A stretch of 64,000 bases of DNA, taken from contig KV454011.1 in NCBI GenBank assembly GCA_001661245.1, positions 1,452,724 through 1,516,723 of the forward strand, in the 5' to 3' direction. Source of the stretch: Pachysolen tannophilus NRRL Y-2460. Lineage: Eukaryota. Every line of letters starts with the position of its first letter. The first letter of the stretch is position 1. The position numbers were made by a program, and so were the translations under genes. Below the pieces are notes generated by a model. It worked only from the letters and a program-made list of their open reading frames with translations, had not been told where the DNA came from and did not search any database. Of this stretch, positions 42,912 to 54,298 are shown one piece after another.

Positions 42912-45900
42912 ATGGCTGCTGGGACAGTTGACTTGGAGGAGTTTGTTTCTCCAAGCAAGAGGCGGAAACTTTCAACAAATAGACATTCTTTATTGGATTT
43001 TATTCCTGGATCAATTATTAAAATCAAATTGATAAACTTCATGTCTTATAGTTTAACTGAGTTTCAGATGTCACCTTATTTGAATATGATTATTGGTCCT
43101 AATGGAACAGGTAAATCGACTATAGTGTGTGCGATTTGTATTGGGTTAGCTGGGAAATTTGAATATTTGGGGAAACCAAATATGCAAATTAATCAATTTA
43201 TCAAGACAGGACAGGATTCAGCTACTATAGAAATTGAATTAAAAGGTAAAGAATCAGATGATACTATTAATATAAGAAGAGAGATGATTGCTGCTACTGG
43301 TAAATCGAATTGGTTTCAAAATGGGAAACAATCTAATGAAAAGCAAATTAAAGAATTAGTTAGAGATTTAGATATACAGCTAGATAATTTATGTCAATTT
43401 TTGGCCCAAGATAGAGTTTCTAAATTTGCTAGTCAAAAGCCAAATGAGTTATTAAAAGAAATAGAGCGTTCATACAAGAATGGGGAATTATTACATGAAC
43501 ATCAGCAGTTGATAGAACTTTCAAATACTAAAATCAAACTTGATGTTGAAATTGAAGAAATCGAACAAGAATTATCACGACTGGAAAAATTAAAGGAATC
43601 TTTGCATGCTGATGTTGAAAAATATAAGAAATTTCAAGAAAAGAAACAAGATCTTCAAATGCATCAAAATTTAATTCCATTTGTTCAAATCCAAGATGCA
43701 AAAGCTAGGTTACAAAGAGCTAAAGAGGAAAGAGATTTGAAAATACTGAAATATCGACTGTTTGAAGAAAAAATCAAACCAATTTCAAATTTAATTGATA
43801 GATTCAGTGATGATTCGAATGAATTACATGAAGAGATTAGCCGTTTGGAAAAGAAATTAAACAAATACGTAAATAAAGTCGATCAATACAAGAATCAAAT
43901 TGAAGAATTTGAAACCCTGATTTCAGATAAAGAAGAAGAATTGAAAAACAAGTTAGTTGAAATTGTTAGAAAAAAACAACATTTATCAAAAGAACGTTCT
44001 AAATTGGAAGATTTAAAAGAAAGGGAAGCACAATATAAGACAAGATTGATTTCTAACGAGGATTTACAAGAATATAATGAAAAAAGATCCGAAATACATC
44101 AACAGATCAAAGTATTAGAGCGCGAAATTATAAATTTAGAATCAGATGTTGGACCATTAAGAGGACTGGAGAAAAATTTGGAACGCATCATTAAAAGAAA
44201 TGAACAACAGTTGAATTCGAAGGATAAAATTCAGGTTTTGAATAATAGAGATCAGCATTCAAGAGATTATATTACTCAGCAGGCAATATATTATTTACGT
44301 GATAATAAGGACAAATTTCCTGGTGTTTTTGAACCACCAGTAGTGTCTTTAGATGTACATCCAAGATATGCAACAATTTTATCAAATATTGTCAGTTATG
44401 ATGCCCAGTTAGCATTTACTGCTATTGATGAAAAAGCATATAATATAGTATCCAAAATTCTTTTAGATCAGTTAAAGATAAATGTTTCATTAAGACAGTT
44501 ATCTCGTGATTTTCAATATGATAAATTCAGGATTTATTCAAAAGAAGAATTGCATAAATTTGGATTTGATGGTTATTTATCTGATTTTATTAAAGGGCCA
44601 TCGGAGGTGATTCAAATGGTTTGTGAACAAAACAATATTCAATGTATTCCTGTATCGGTAACACCTTTGAACAACCAACAAATTAGTCTGGCCTGTGAGC
44701 CTCTTCCAAACGGAGAGGTGAAATTCAATACTTTTGTCTCTGGTGATCAGATTTTCTACGTTAATAAATCGATTTATGGTAAACAACAAATTTATACTTC
44801 CACTGGTTGGATAAATCAGTATCATAATAAATTTAACAATGATGGTTTATCGGAAGAAGCAAGAAGTAATATTCAAAGTCAAATTCTGAAACAAAAAGAA
44901 GAACTTACAGAAATTGGGCATAAACTTGATGATTTGAAAGAAAGAAGAAGCTCTAGAGTGGATGAAATACAAAATTTGAAAATTCAGTATAAAGATGTTG
45001 ATAGTTATATAAAAGATGCAAAGGAAACTACTAATCGTTATACGAAAGCTCAATCTGTTATTCAAGTAGTGAAAGAGACTATAGGACAACTTGAAGCCGA
45101 AATTGAGGAGATTAGTGAACAAAATAGTAAACGAAATTTTAAGAAGGAAGTTCAACAGTCTATACGAGATTTGATTATTTCGAAATTAGAAAGTTTGAAC
45201 AAGATGGTTGCAGTTTTTAAAGAAGTAAATGAAATCAAGAAACAAATTACTTTTAAAACAGTAACTAGATTACAGCAAGATAATAAGAAAATATCTATAG
45301 AAGGATTAATCAAAGAAACTGAGAATAAAAAATTGAAATATCTTCATGAAGCCGAAGAAGCTAAAAGGTCATTTAAACAATTAAAGCAAGATACTTTTCA
45401 AGTTATGTCTCGATTAAATGATGTTGTGAGAGAAACTTTTAGCGATGAGGAGCGTGAAAATTTAGCATTGTTAGCTAGAAGATATATCAATGAAGGTCAA
45501 TTTGAAGAAAGTTTAATAAGATTAAAAATTGATCAAATCAAGACAGAGATGGCATCGTTTGATGATTCTTCTGCGTCATCCATTAGTAGATTGACTTCAA
45601 TTGAGAAAAAAATTGAAAATTTTAATGGAAGATTACCAGATTTAAAAATTCAACAAGCTGAGATAAATACAAAGATTCAAACAATTGAAGAAAAATGGTT
45701 ACCTGAATTAGAGAAAATAATTTTGAAAATTTCAAAGAAATTTAATAAAAATTTTAGCATGATTGCTTCTGCTGGTGAAGTACAATTAAATAAGAATTTT
45801 AATTCTTATGATGAATGGAGATTAGAAATAATGGTTCAATTTAGAGATAATTCACCTTTAGTACCATTAGATGGAACTACACAATCTGGAGGTGAAAAAT

Positions 45901-46265
45901 CAGTATCAACTGCAATTTTTTTAAATTCTTTACAAGGATTAACAAATTCTCCCTTTAGAGTTGTTGATGAAATTAATCAAGGTATGGATGCAAGAAATGA
46001 AAGAAAAATTCATGAATTTATAGTACAAAGTGCATGCAAATCAGAACAAAATTTTTTTGAAGATGAAGAATTTAATAGTGATAATAATCAACCTGAAAAA
46101 ATTTCTCAGTATTTCTTAATAACACCAAAGTTATTAACAGATTTATATTATCATGAAAAGATGAGTGTTCATTGTATCATGTCAGGAAGATATTGTCCAG
46201 ATCCTATTAAAGATGAAAAATTGTTAGGATTTGGTATTACTGAGAGTTACATACAACGTATATAA
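42912..46265 (+). CDS. SMC5: Structural maintenance of chromosomes protein 5
   Basis: Walker A GPNGTGKST, IQLDNLCQFLAQDRV, signature QSGGEKSVST, Walker B FRVVDEINQGMD, QYFLITPKLL. Confidence 0.97.
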   Translation: MAAGTVDLEEFVSPSKRRKLSTNRHSLLDFIPGSIIKIKLINFMSYSLTEFQMSPYLNMIIGPNGTGKSTIVCAICIGLAGKFEYLGKPNMQINQFIKTGQDSATIEIELKGKESDDTINIRREMIAATGKSNWFQNGKQSNEKQIKELVRDLDIQLDNLCQFLAQDRVSKFASQKPNELLKEIERSYKNGELLHEHQQLIELSNTKIKLDVEIEEIEQELSRLEKLKESLHADVEKYKKFQEKKQDLQMHQNLIPFVQIQDAKARLQRAKEERDLKILKYRLFEEKIKPISNLIDRFSDDSNELHEEISRLEKKLNKYVNKVDQYKNQIEEFETLISDKEEELKNKLVEIVRKKQHLSKERSKLEDLKEREAQYKTRLISNEDLQEYNEKRSEIHQQIKVLEREIINLESDVGPLRGLEKNLERIIKRNEQQLNSKDKIQVLNNRDQHSRDYITQQAIYYLRDNKDKFPGVFEPPVVSLDVHPRYATILSNIVSYDAQLAFTAIDEKAYNIVSKILLDQLKINVSLRQLSRDFQYDKFRIYSKEELHKFGFDGYLSDFIKGPSEVIQMVCEQNNIQCIPVSVTPLNNQQISLACEPLPNGEVKFNTFVSGDQIFYVNKSIYGKQQIYTSTGWINQYHNKFNNDGLSEEARSNIQSQILKQKEELTEIGHKLDDLKERRSSRVDEIQNLKIQYKDVDSYIKDAKETTNRYTKAQSVIQVVKETIGQLEAEIEEISEQNSKRNFKKEVQQSIRDLIISKLESLNKMVAVFKEVNEIKKQITFKTVTRLQQDNKKISIEGLIKETENKKLKYLHEAEEAKRSFKQLKQDTFQVMSRLNDVVRETFSDEERENLALLARRYINEGQFEESLIRLKIDQIKTEMASFDDSSASSISRLTSIEKKIENFNGRLPDLKIQQAEINTKIQTIEEKWLPELEKIILKISKKFNKNFSMIASAGEVQLNKNFNSYDEWRLEIMVQFRDNSPLVPLDGTTQSGGEKSVSTAIFLNSLQGLTNSPFRVVDEINQGMDARNERKIHEFIVQSACKSEQNFFEDEEFNSDNNQPEKISQYFLITPKLLTDLYYHEKMSVHCIMSGRYCPDPIKDEKLLGFGITESYIQRI

Positions 46266-46690
46266 TAACTTTAAATATAATAAATATTAATAATATATAT
46301 ATATAGTAACTATGCTAAATTGACTGTTGACTTTCATTAACTATAGTTCTAGTATTTAAACCAAGCAAAAAGTAAAAATAAATGATGATAATAAAAAAAA
46401 AAAAAAATATAAAAAAAAATAAAAAGTAAAAACCAAGCACCAGGATAAAACTTAGACATTCAGACTAATAATGATCATGATTCACATGATGTTAAAACAA
46501 AAGACTGAATGCTTTTTTTTTTTTTTTTTTTTTTTTTATAAATACAAAATTTAAGCTTTAAATCTAATGAACTGGAATCCCTAAAACCCAGGGATTGAAA
46601 ATGGAAAGTATAATAATATCATCCAAAAGCAGATAAAAACAAATGTTTGAAAAAAAGGAAGAAGACAAAACAAAAACAAAACAAAACACT

Positions 46691-47650
46691 TTACTCGATC
46701 AAATAAACTAATCCAAAAGCGGCAGAAGCAGCAATGGAGCCAATTAAAAACATTTGAACACCTTCTGAAGTTTTCTTGTATAAACTGACATCGTTACCAA
46801 GAGAAACTACAGTTTTTATATATCCGAACCAAAATAATGTGAACCCCATCAAGATTATTGAGCAAAGTAAACCCAGTCTTACTGTATGTGTGAAAAAATA
46901 AGGAATTAAAGGAACAAATCCACCAAAGAAATAAGATAGACCGATTGTTAATGCGGATGTCAATTGTCTTCCATCAGCTGGTTCTTCCAAGCCTCTTCCA
47001 AATCTTATAATGAAATCAATCATTGTCTTTGGAGATTTTTCTAAATCTCTCAAGAATAATTCTATTGTATCATCTTTAGCACCAATATTTAACATGATAT
47101 CGTATACTTCATCAGCCAACATTTCTGGTTTTTCAAAAAACAGTTGTTTTTCCTTTTTAACTTCACTTTTATAATATTCAGATTCTGATCTTGCAGCTAA
47201 AAACCCACCTAACCCCATTGATATGGCACCAGATACCAATTCTGCCATACCTCCTGTGATCACCAACTTTGAATCTCCCAAGGAAGATAACCCTGCAGTC
47301 AAGGCAAACGGAACTGTCAACCCATCAGACAACCCTATGATGATATCACTCATTACTCTTGGATCAACTTTGGTAAATAACCCCCCAAATACACTATCCT
47401 CTTGACTCTTCTTACTTTCTGAAGAAGATGACAAGGTTTGTTCCAAATTATTTTCTTCATCTAAAGATGAGATTCTATTGGACAGCAGCAAGCCCTGTTG
47501 CTGTTGTTGCTGTTGCTGATCTTGTTGATAATCTGATGTAGAACCATAATATTCACGCGTTGTTGAATTTGTTAACGGCTGTTTTGCAATGCTATCATTT
47601 CCTGGATTTATAACAGCGGCAATCGAGTTTTTCAAAGCTACCAAAGACAT
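46691..47650 (-). CDS. CCC1: Vacuolar Fe/Mn transporter (VIT1/Ccc1)
   Basis: DPRVMSDIIIGLSDGLTVPFALTAGLSSLG, AELVSGAISMGLGG, GGFVPLIPYFF. Confidence 0.96.
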   Translation of the reverse strand: MSLVALKNSIAAVINPGNDSIAKQPLTNSTTREYYGSTSDYQQDQQQQQQQQGLLLSNRISSLDEENNLEQTLSSSSESKKSQEDSVFGGLFTKVDPRVMSDIIIGLSDGLTVPFALTAGLSSLGDSKLVITGGMAELVSGAISMGLGGFLAARSESEYYKSEVKKEKQLFFEKPEMLADEVYDIMLNIGAKDDTIELFLRDLEKSPKTMIDFIIRFGRGLEEPADGRQLTSALTIGLSYFFGGFVPLIPYFFTHTVRLGLLCSIILMGFTLFWFGYIKTVVSLGNDVSLYKKTSEGVQMFLIGSIAASAAFGLVYLIE

Positions 47651-48801
47651 TATTATTATTATTATTATGAATATTATTATTATGATGATTATGATGATGA
47701 ATCAAATTCTGGTTTTGTTGTGAATATTATAGCTAGCTGTAAATGATTTGATCAAGAAAATGAAAAAAAATTTAGATAATTCAATAAAGTTTTGTTTATG
47801 TCCAAGCTATTTTATTTATTATTAAAAAGCGTTTTCCAAATAAAATTTTTTTCTAATTAGTTTCTATTGAATAAACTTCTCTTTTTATTATTACTATTAC
47901 TGTTTTGCTTCTTCTTCTTCTTCTTCTTCTTCTTTAGCTCTATTACTTTTTCAAATAATAAATAAATAAATGAAAAAAAAAAAAAAAAAAGATGACTATA
48001 TTATATCAAACACCAATCTACTAATGTACCATATATATATAATATAAATAATATATAATATATATTATATATTATAGTACTATAATCTATATTAATAGTA
48101 CTATATATATTATGCTTCAAAATATACAAGGAAGCAAATAAGGGGAAACAAAGAGAAAAAATAGAAAAATTTGATAAGGTTAAAATAAATAAATAAAAAA
48201 AAGAAAAAAAAAATACCCTAAAAAGTCGTTCCGTTTGGTACAAAATATCCATTTGAGGAAGTTTTTCATTAAAGATGACATTTTTCTAAACTCTGATTGG
48301 CTAGAGTCGGAGTTTCTTTTTAATTTTTTTTTTTGTCTTTACAACTGGGGAAGTCGGGGTATTCAGGGTCTAGAACCGCACAATACACTAAACTAAACTG
48401 TATTTTTTAGCTTGCAGTCAGCATCATTTGTAAGAAATAAAGAAATAAAGAAATAAATAAAGAAATAGCCGCATAGATAAATTAATGCAAAAAGACAAAA
48501 AGAAATAAAATACAAGATGAAAAAAGAGATGAGCAGAGATGAGCAGAGAACAAACAGAAAAGATAAGATTAAAAGTTAAAAAAAAAATAGGAAAAAAATT
48601 AAGATGGTATTACATATATATGAGGATATAGTTATTATTTATTATTTATTATTTATTATTAATTTATTTTAATTTATTTATTTGGATTGATTAATCCAAA
48701 TCTACCTTCATCAGATCGAGAAAATAATAATTATATATATATAGACAAGACAGCACAGCACGCAAGATATTTTTTTTTTTTTTTTTTCGTTTTTTTTTTT
48801 C

Positions 48802-50415
48802 TCAGATAACCTCATTTCCAATAATTTCTTCCTCATCTTCATCTTCATCTTGTCCTTTATAATTATTATTTGGAGTTGATTCATTATTTCTTGTAAAATT
48901 TCTATTTGTATCTGTGACATCATTTTTATTTTTGTTTTGTTTTTGGTTTTGTGTACGTTCGCGAAGATTTTTATTGCTGCAACCATTACGTAATAGTTTT
49001 TTCGATTCCATTACTATTATCTCATATGAAAATAAAATTCCTAATAATAAAGTTGTTAATCCTAATAATTTTGCTGGTTTTAATTCAGCAAATGATAAAC
49101 ACATTATTATAATACCAATTGGGAAACGTGGTAAAATTCTAAAATTTTTTGGAACATGTTTTGAACTAATATCATCAATTGGTTTATCCATCATAGCAAT
49201 AAAACCAAGACAAAAAAGTGCAATACATATACCAGCACTAAAATAAAATGATAAACCATATAAACTTATTTCTTGTTCAAAATTTTTTGCTAAAGGTATT
49301 TCAGATAATTTAACTAATTCAGAACTTGCATCTGCAACTAATATTAAACTACCAATTAATGGAATATGTAAAAAAATCCACAGAAATGAAGTATTAACAT
49401 TTCTTCTTAAAGCATGTACTGCAATAACACTTCCTTCTCCATTAAAATATAAAAACATAAAAATATAACCAATTATTAAAACTAAAATTGCCTTCCACAT
49501 CTTATCATTTATTCCAGATCCAGTAATATGAGCAGTAACAATCCCATATAAAAATTCACCAATTGCAATTGTATAAAAAGCTCCAAATCTTTCAACTTCA
49601 TGTTCTATATTTAAAGCAGTACTATATTCCAATTTTAAAAAATTTTTAGTAATTGGATGGAAACTCATTGAAAATGAAAGTTGTTCTAAAAACATAATAG
49701 CAATTGATAATCCAATCTTGGCTCTAATACCAATAAATATAACAGGAATCCATATACATGTAGTAATAATTATTAATATAGAATATAATCTTATTTGTGA
49801 TTTATGTTCCATAACATAAAAACTATAAAAAAAATAAGCAGCAGCTGATGAATATCGACACAACATATAAGAAATAACAACCATTGCTGTTTCAGAATGA
49901 CTCTCTAATACATAATTACTATTATTTGCATAAATAACTAATAAAACCATTATCCATAAAACATATAATCTTTGAGTTAAATCATCGTTATAATAATAAT
50001 TCATAAAATCTTTTAAATCTGCCCATACTGTCCAAACAGGTATAAATAAAATAATATATTTTAATAAAGCAAGTCCATCACATTTCTCAGTAGCTTGTGA
50101 TGCTAATGCAGCAACAATTCCAACATAAAGTAAATCTAAAAAAAGTTCTAACACACTTGAAGACCTTTCATTTCTTGTTCTATAAAGTTTCCCTGCATGA
50201 AAATAATTTAAAGCATGAGGCCTTGTGAAAAATCTACTCTTTGGTGGAGGTTGAATATATTCAACATTAATAGCTCCATATTTCTGAATAAAATCAGTCT
50301 CTTCAAATGGAATTGAAGATTCTTCTCCACCATGAGCTTCAACTTCTTCTCGATATAATTCTCGAGGGTCAACTTCAATTTGACTATTAGTTAAATGTGA
50401 TTGTTCATTAGGCAT
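48802..50415 (-). CDS. Multi-pass membrane protein, LtrA (low-temperature requirement A)-like, paralog 1
   Basis: LELFLDLLYVGI and EHEVERFGAFYTIAIGE resemble LtrA motifs (LELFFDLVFV, H..ERFG.F.II.LGE). Many TM segments. An acceptor-like TTCTTACAG precedes the ATG, so the start is uncertain. Confidence 0.75.
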   Translation of the reverse strand: MPNEQSHLTNSQIEVDPRELYREEVEAHGGEESSIPFEETDFIQKYGAINVEYIQPPPKSRFFTRPHALNYFHAGKLYRTRNERSSSVLELFLDLLYVGIVAALASQATEKCDGLALLKYIILFIPVWTVWADLKDFMNYYYNDDLTQRLYVLWIMVLLVIYANNSNYVLESHSETAMVVISYMLCRYSSAAAYFFYSFYVMEHKSQIRLYSILIIITTCIWIPVIFIGIRAKIGLSIAIMFLEQLSFSMSFHPITKNFLKLEYSTALNIEHEVERFGAFYTIAIGEFLYGIVTAHITGSGINDKMWKAILVLIIGYIFMFLYFNGEGSVIAVHALRRNVNTSFLWIFLHIPLIGSLILVADASSELVKLSEIPLAKNFEQEISLYGLSFYFSAGICIALFCLGFIAMMDKPIDDISSKHVPKNFRILPRFPIGIIIMCLSFAELKPAKLLGLTTLLLGILFSYEIIVMESKKLLRNGCSNKNLRERTQNQKQNKNKNDVTDTNRNFTRNNESTPNNNYKGQDEDEDEEEIIGNEVI

Positions 50416-50887
50416 CCTATCCTGTAAGAAAATCAAAAAATTAATTAATTTTTCAAAAATATATATTTATATAAACTTTCTTAACCGATAAATAACCAAA
50501 TTCAATTCTCATTGAATACTCATAGTTGATGATATAATAAATAATCAATATTTTTTTTATATGATTACTTGATTGCTGAACTTTAAAAAATTTAGTAAAT
50601 TGTGCTGCTATCAAACTAAAATTAAAGAGAGAGCTAAAAGTTGCATTTGCAGGCGCCGTGTACACTACTGATGAGGAAAGAAAAAGAAAGAAAGAAACAA
50701 ATCAAACTGGGATCCTTAATTCATTCATTCATTCATCGCCGTAATAATTAGAAAATGCAAATAAGAAATTTGAATATTTTGAATAAATTGAAAATAAATA
50801 ATTTTGTTTCAATAGAAAGGAAAGAATAGTCAAAAAAATAGAAAATAAAAATAAAAAAAGAAAATTGATTTTAAAAATGTGTATTTC

Positions 50888-51331
50888 TTATCGCCTGTGA
50901 AAGAATTTTATAAAATCATTTAGCACATTGAGATCAAAATTGATTTTTTCTTCTTTTAAAATTTTTGTAAAATTATTCATCTTCATTTGAACATCTTTAT
51001 CATTTATAAAATTTATCTGTTCAAAAGGTGATAAATTTGGGGACAAAAACCCCTTATTATTGATTAAATCCATTATATCTTCTAAAGCTTTTGATATTCT
51101 AGGGTTTGTGGTCACTTTATAATAAAGTTCAATTGCTTTAACATCATTATCATTACCAAGTTTTGCATAACATCTCCTTAGTATCAATGGTTTATGGATC
51201 TTATTATCGGTACTTAATAACCGGCTAGTATTTATGAACCGACTTTGATTTATTGTAAATAATGATCTTTTGGTTCCAGCAAATGCTGTAACACCACAAA
51301 ACCCCAACCTTGGTACTAATATCATAATCAT
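50888..51331 (-). CDS. Small uncharacterised protein with a mitochondrial presequence-like N-terminus
   Basis: 147-aa ATG ORF in an otherwise empty interval; R/S/L-rich, acid-poor N-terminus followed by a helical domain. Confidence 0.65.
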   Translation of the reverse strand: MIMILVPRLGFCGVTAFAGTKRSLFTINQSRFINTSRLLSTDNKIHKPLILRRCYAKLGNDNDVKAIELYYKVTTNPRISKALEDIMDLINNKGFLSPNLSPFEQINFINDKDVQMKMNNFTKILKEEKINFDLNVLNDFIKFFHRR

Positions 51332-51779
51332 TTCCCACTGATATTCTATTCAAATCAATATTCTAACCTCTCTTTCTTACCAATAACTATTTGTTTGACT
51401 GGAAAAGACATTTGCTTTGAAATCTCCAATTTTCCGGTTTTCTTTTTTTTTGCTATTTTCGCTGAGCTCTTGAGCTCTCGAGCGGCGGCGGTGACACCTC
51501 TGCTGTGACACTAAAAATTTTTTGTGGTGTCGCTTTTGCTGTGGGTGACACGAGGTAAGGTGATTACAACTTTTCAATCATGAAGGATTATGGATCTTTC
51601 CACTCCATCAATTGTTATATTTTAAGCAGAAAAGAATACGCCACTTGTAATAATTTTCAGATCCAATGGTTTTGGATGTTAATCAGGTATGATTAACTAA
51701 GTTGAAATATATAATTTCTTTCGTTGCAATTGTTTGTAATTGTTTGTTAAGATTTCCTGTTTATACTCAATTGATAAGA

Positions 51780-52568
51780 ATGTCTGATAACGAAAAAAGG
51801 TATAAGATCATAATTTTAAGGCATGGTGAGTCTGAATGGAATAAGTCAAACTTATTTTGTGGCTGGGTAGATGTTCCTTTATCAGATAAGGGTAAAGATC
51901 AAGCAGTTTCTACTGCAAATTTGATTTTACAAAGCAAGGAAAATTTTAATCCTACATTAGTTTTCACTTCAAAATTAACTAGATCATGTCAAACAGCAAA
52001 TATAATATTGGAAAAATTAAACAAACAGTATTTGGATATATATAGGTCTTGGCGTTTAAATGAAAGACATTATGGTAAATTACAAGGTGAAACTAAATCT
52101 GTAATATTAGCAAAATTTGGTAAGGAAAAATATATGTATTGGAGAAGAGCTTATGAAGGTTGTCCTCCTCCAAGCACTTTAGATGATAAATTTTGTGGAA
52201 CAAATGATGAACGTTATAAAAACATTGATTTGGAGCCTGGGGAACCGTTACCTGTGGCTGAATCTTTAAAAATGGTTGTTCATAGGTTAATGCCATATTT
52301 TAATAATTTTATTAAACCAAAATTAATTGATAACAATACCATATTAATTGTTACTCATGGATCTGTTGTGAGAGCTTTGATTAAAGAAGTCTACCAGATA
52401 TCGGATGAAGATATTATCAATATCAATATCCCGAACGGGATTCCAATGGTTATAACATTGGATGAGAATTTTGAAGCAGTTGGAGATTACTTTTATTTGG
52501 ATCCAGAAATTGCAAAAATAGAAGCTGAAAAAGTCGCAAGACAAGGTTTTGAAAATCATCATAAGTAA
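51780..52568 (+). CDS. Cofactor-dependent phosphoglycerate mutase-family protein (histidine phosphatase)
   Basis: LRHGESEWNKSNLFCGWVDVPLS, WRLNERHYGKLQG, WRR.Y...PP, ESLK, VTHG, NIPNGIP. Confidence 0.92.
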   Translation: MSDNEKRYKIIILRHGESEWNKSNLFCGWVDVPLSDKGKDQAVSTANLILQSKENFNPTLVFTSKLTRSCQTANIILEKLNKQYLDIYRSWRLNERHYGKLQGETKSVILAKFGKEKYMYWRRAYEGCPPPSTLDDKFCGTNDERYKNIDLEPGEPLPVAESLKMVVHRLMPYFNNFIKPKLIDNNTILIVTHGSVVRALIKEVYQISDEDIININIPNGIPMVITLDENFEAVGDYFYLDPEIAKIEAEKVARQGFENHHK

Positions 52569-52651
52569 TTTATAGCTTTCTTTTAGAATTTGGTTTAATT
52601 TTCCAATTATTATAAATTTTTATAATACTAATGATAATAATGTTACTTTCT

Positions 52652-54298
52652 TTATACAGTTGCAAAATTAAAATTTTGAGAATTTTCAGTTCCTACCTTT
52701 GTTGTATCATCTTCACAGTTTGGTAATGAAGATGCTGTAGTGACATTGGATCTATTTTTTTCAAATGATAAAGATCTTAAAATTTCTGTGATTCTGTGTT
52801 TGATCTCAGATAAAGGAGTCGATGAAGAAATTGAAAGATTTTTCTTATTATTCAGTTTAATCAAATGTCCATAACCTAAAATTATTCTTTCATAAATAAA
52901 GATAAAACTTAACATCAAAGTAGTTAACCCAATTAACATCAGTGGTTTCAATTCAGCAAAGGATAAACATAAAATTGCAATGGCAATTGGGAACCTTGGA
53001 AAAACTCTAATAATTTTGGAAAGATATTTAGAATCAACATCTTCAAGTGTTTTATCCGACATGGCGATTATACCCAATGAAACCAAAGTAATACAAGTAC
53101 CTCCTGAGAAAAAAAATGACAACCCATAAAGACTCATTTTATCAATATACCCACCTTTAGATAAGGTAATCTCATCCAAAGAAATTAAATTTGATGATGC
53201 ATAAGCAACTAAAACCAAGCTTCCAATTAATGGAACATGAATGAAAATCCAAATATATGCAGAGTGAACACTTCTAGTCAATGCAGGCAAATGTACTATA
53301 TCTCCAGTACCATCAAAATATACAAACATGAAAATATACGCAATTATTAAAGTTAACAAAGCTTTCCATAACTTCTCATGGATTCCAGGTCCCGTATACA
53401 GACTGGTGACAATGTTATATAAAAATTCACCTATAGCAATGGTGTAAAAAGCTCCAAATCGACTAACTTCTCGTTCAACGTTTAATGCTGTGCTAAATTT
53501 CAATTTGAGTAATTTCTTGGTAATTGGATGGAATGCTATAACATAAGAAACTTGTTCTAAAAACATTATTCCTATCGTTAGCCCAACTTTAGCTCTTGTA
53601 CTCACAAATATAACAGATATCCATGCACAAGTGACAACTAATATTAACAGAGAATAAATCCTTATTTGAATCCTATGTTGAGGAACGAAAAAACTGTAAA
53701 AAATATAAGTAACTGCTACCGAATATCTACACATCATATACGGCACAACTACCATTGCAGTTTCTCCATGACTTTGTAAAATGTAAACACAATTATTGAC
53801 ATAAATTACCAATAAAAGCATAATCCATAAGACGTATGTTCTTTGCGTCATATCATCGTTAAAATAGTAATTCATAAAATCTTTTAAATCTACCCAAACA
53901 ACCCACACAGGAACGAAAAACAAAACATATTTCAATAATGTCAAACCAGTACATTCTAAAGTAGTTTGAGCAGCTAACGAAGAGACAATCCCAACGTATA
54001 ATAAATCTAAAAACAATTCTAATGCACTTGCAGAATTTCCATCTTTTGTTCTGTACAAGATATTATCACAATAATAATTCAAAGCATATGGTCTTGTAAA
54101 AAGCTTATTTCTTTCTGGAGGTTCAATATATATAACCTTAGTTGTCTCATATCTTTCTTCGTATTCTAATTCTTCTTCCGAAGCTAAAGATCGGCTTATA
54201 CGCTCTATATCAACATCTTCATCTAAAGTTTCTCTAGTTACTCCATTTGAATCTCTTGGTCGAATACTTTCTGTGAGATCGTCGGAGGCCTGCGACAT
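52652..54298 (-). CDS. LtrA-like membrane protein, paralog 2
   Basis: Colinear with 48802..50415 (FTRP.ALNY, LELFLDLLYVGIV, DLKDFMNYY.NDD.TQR, RFGAFYTIAIGEFLY, PRFPI). First ATG at 54298. Confidence 0.78.
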   Translation of the reverse strand: MSQASDDLTESIRPRDSNGVTRETLDEDVDIERISRSLASEEELEYEERYETTKVIYIEPPERNKLFTRPYALNYYCDNILYRTKDGNSASALELFLDLLYVGIVSSLAAQTTLECTGLTLLKYVLFFVPVWVVWVDLKDFMNYYFNDDMTQRTYVLWIMLLLVIYVNNCVYILQSHGETAMVVVPYMMCRYSVAVTYIFYSFFVPQHRIQIRIYSLLILVVTCAWISVIFVSTRAKVGLTIGIMFLEQVSYVIAFHPITKKLLKLKFSTALNVEREVSRFGAFYTIAIGEFLYNIVTSLYTGPGIHEKLWKALLTLIIAYIFMFVYFDGTGDIVHLPALTRSVHSAYIWIFIHVPLIGSLVLVAYASSNLISLDEITLSKGGYIDKMSLYGLSFFFSGGTCITLVSLGIIAMSDKTLEDVDSKYLSKIIRVFPRFPIAIAILCLSFAELKPLMLIGLTTLMLSFIFIYERIILGYGHLIKLNNKKNLSISSSTPLSEIKHRITEILRSLSFEKNRSNVTTASSLPNCEDDTTKVGTENSQNFNFATV

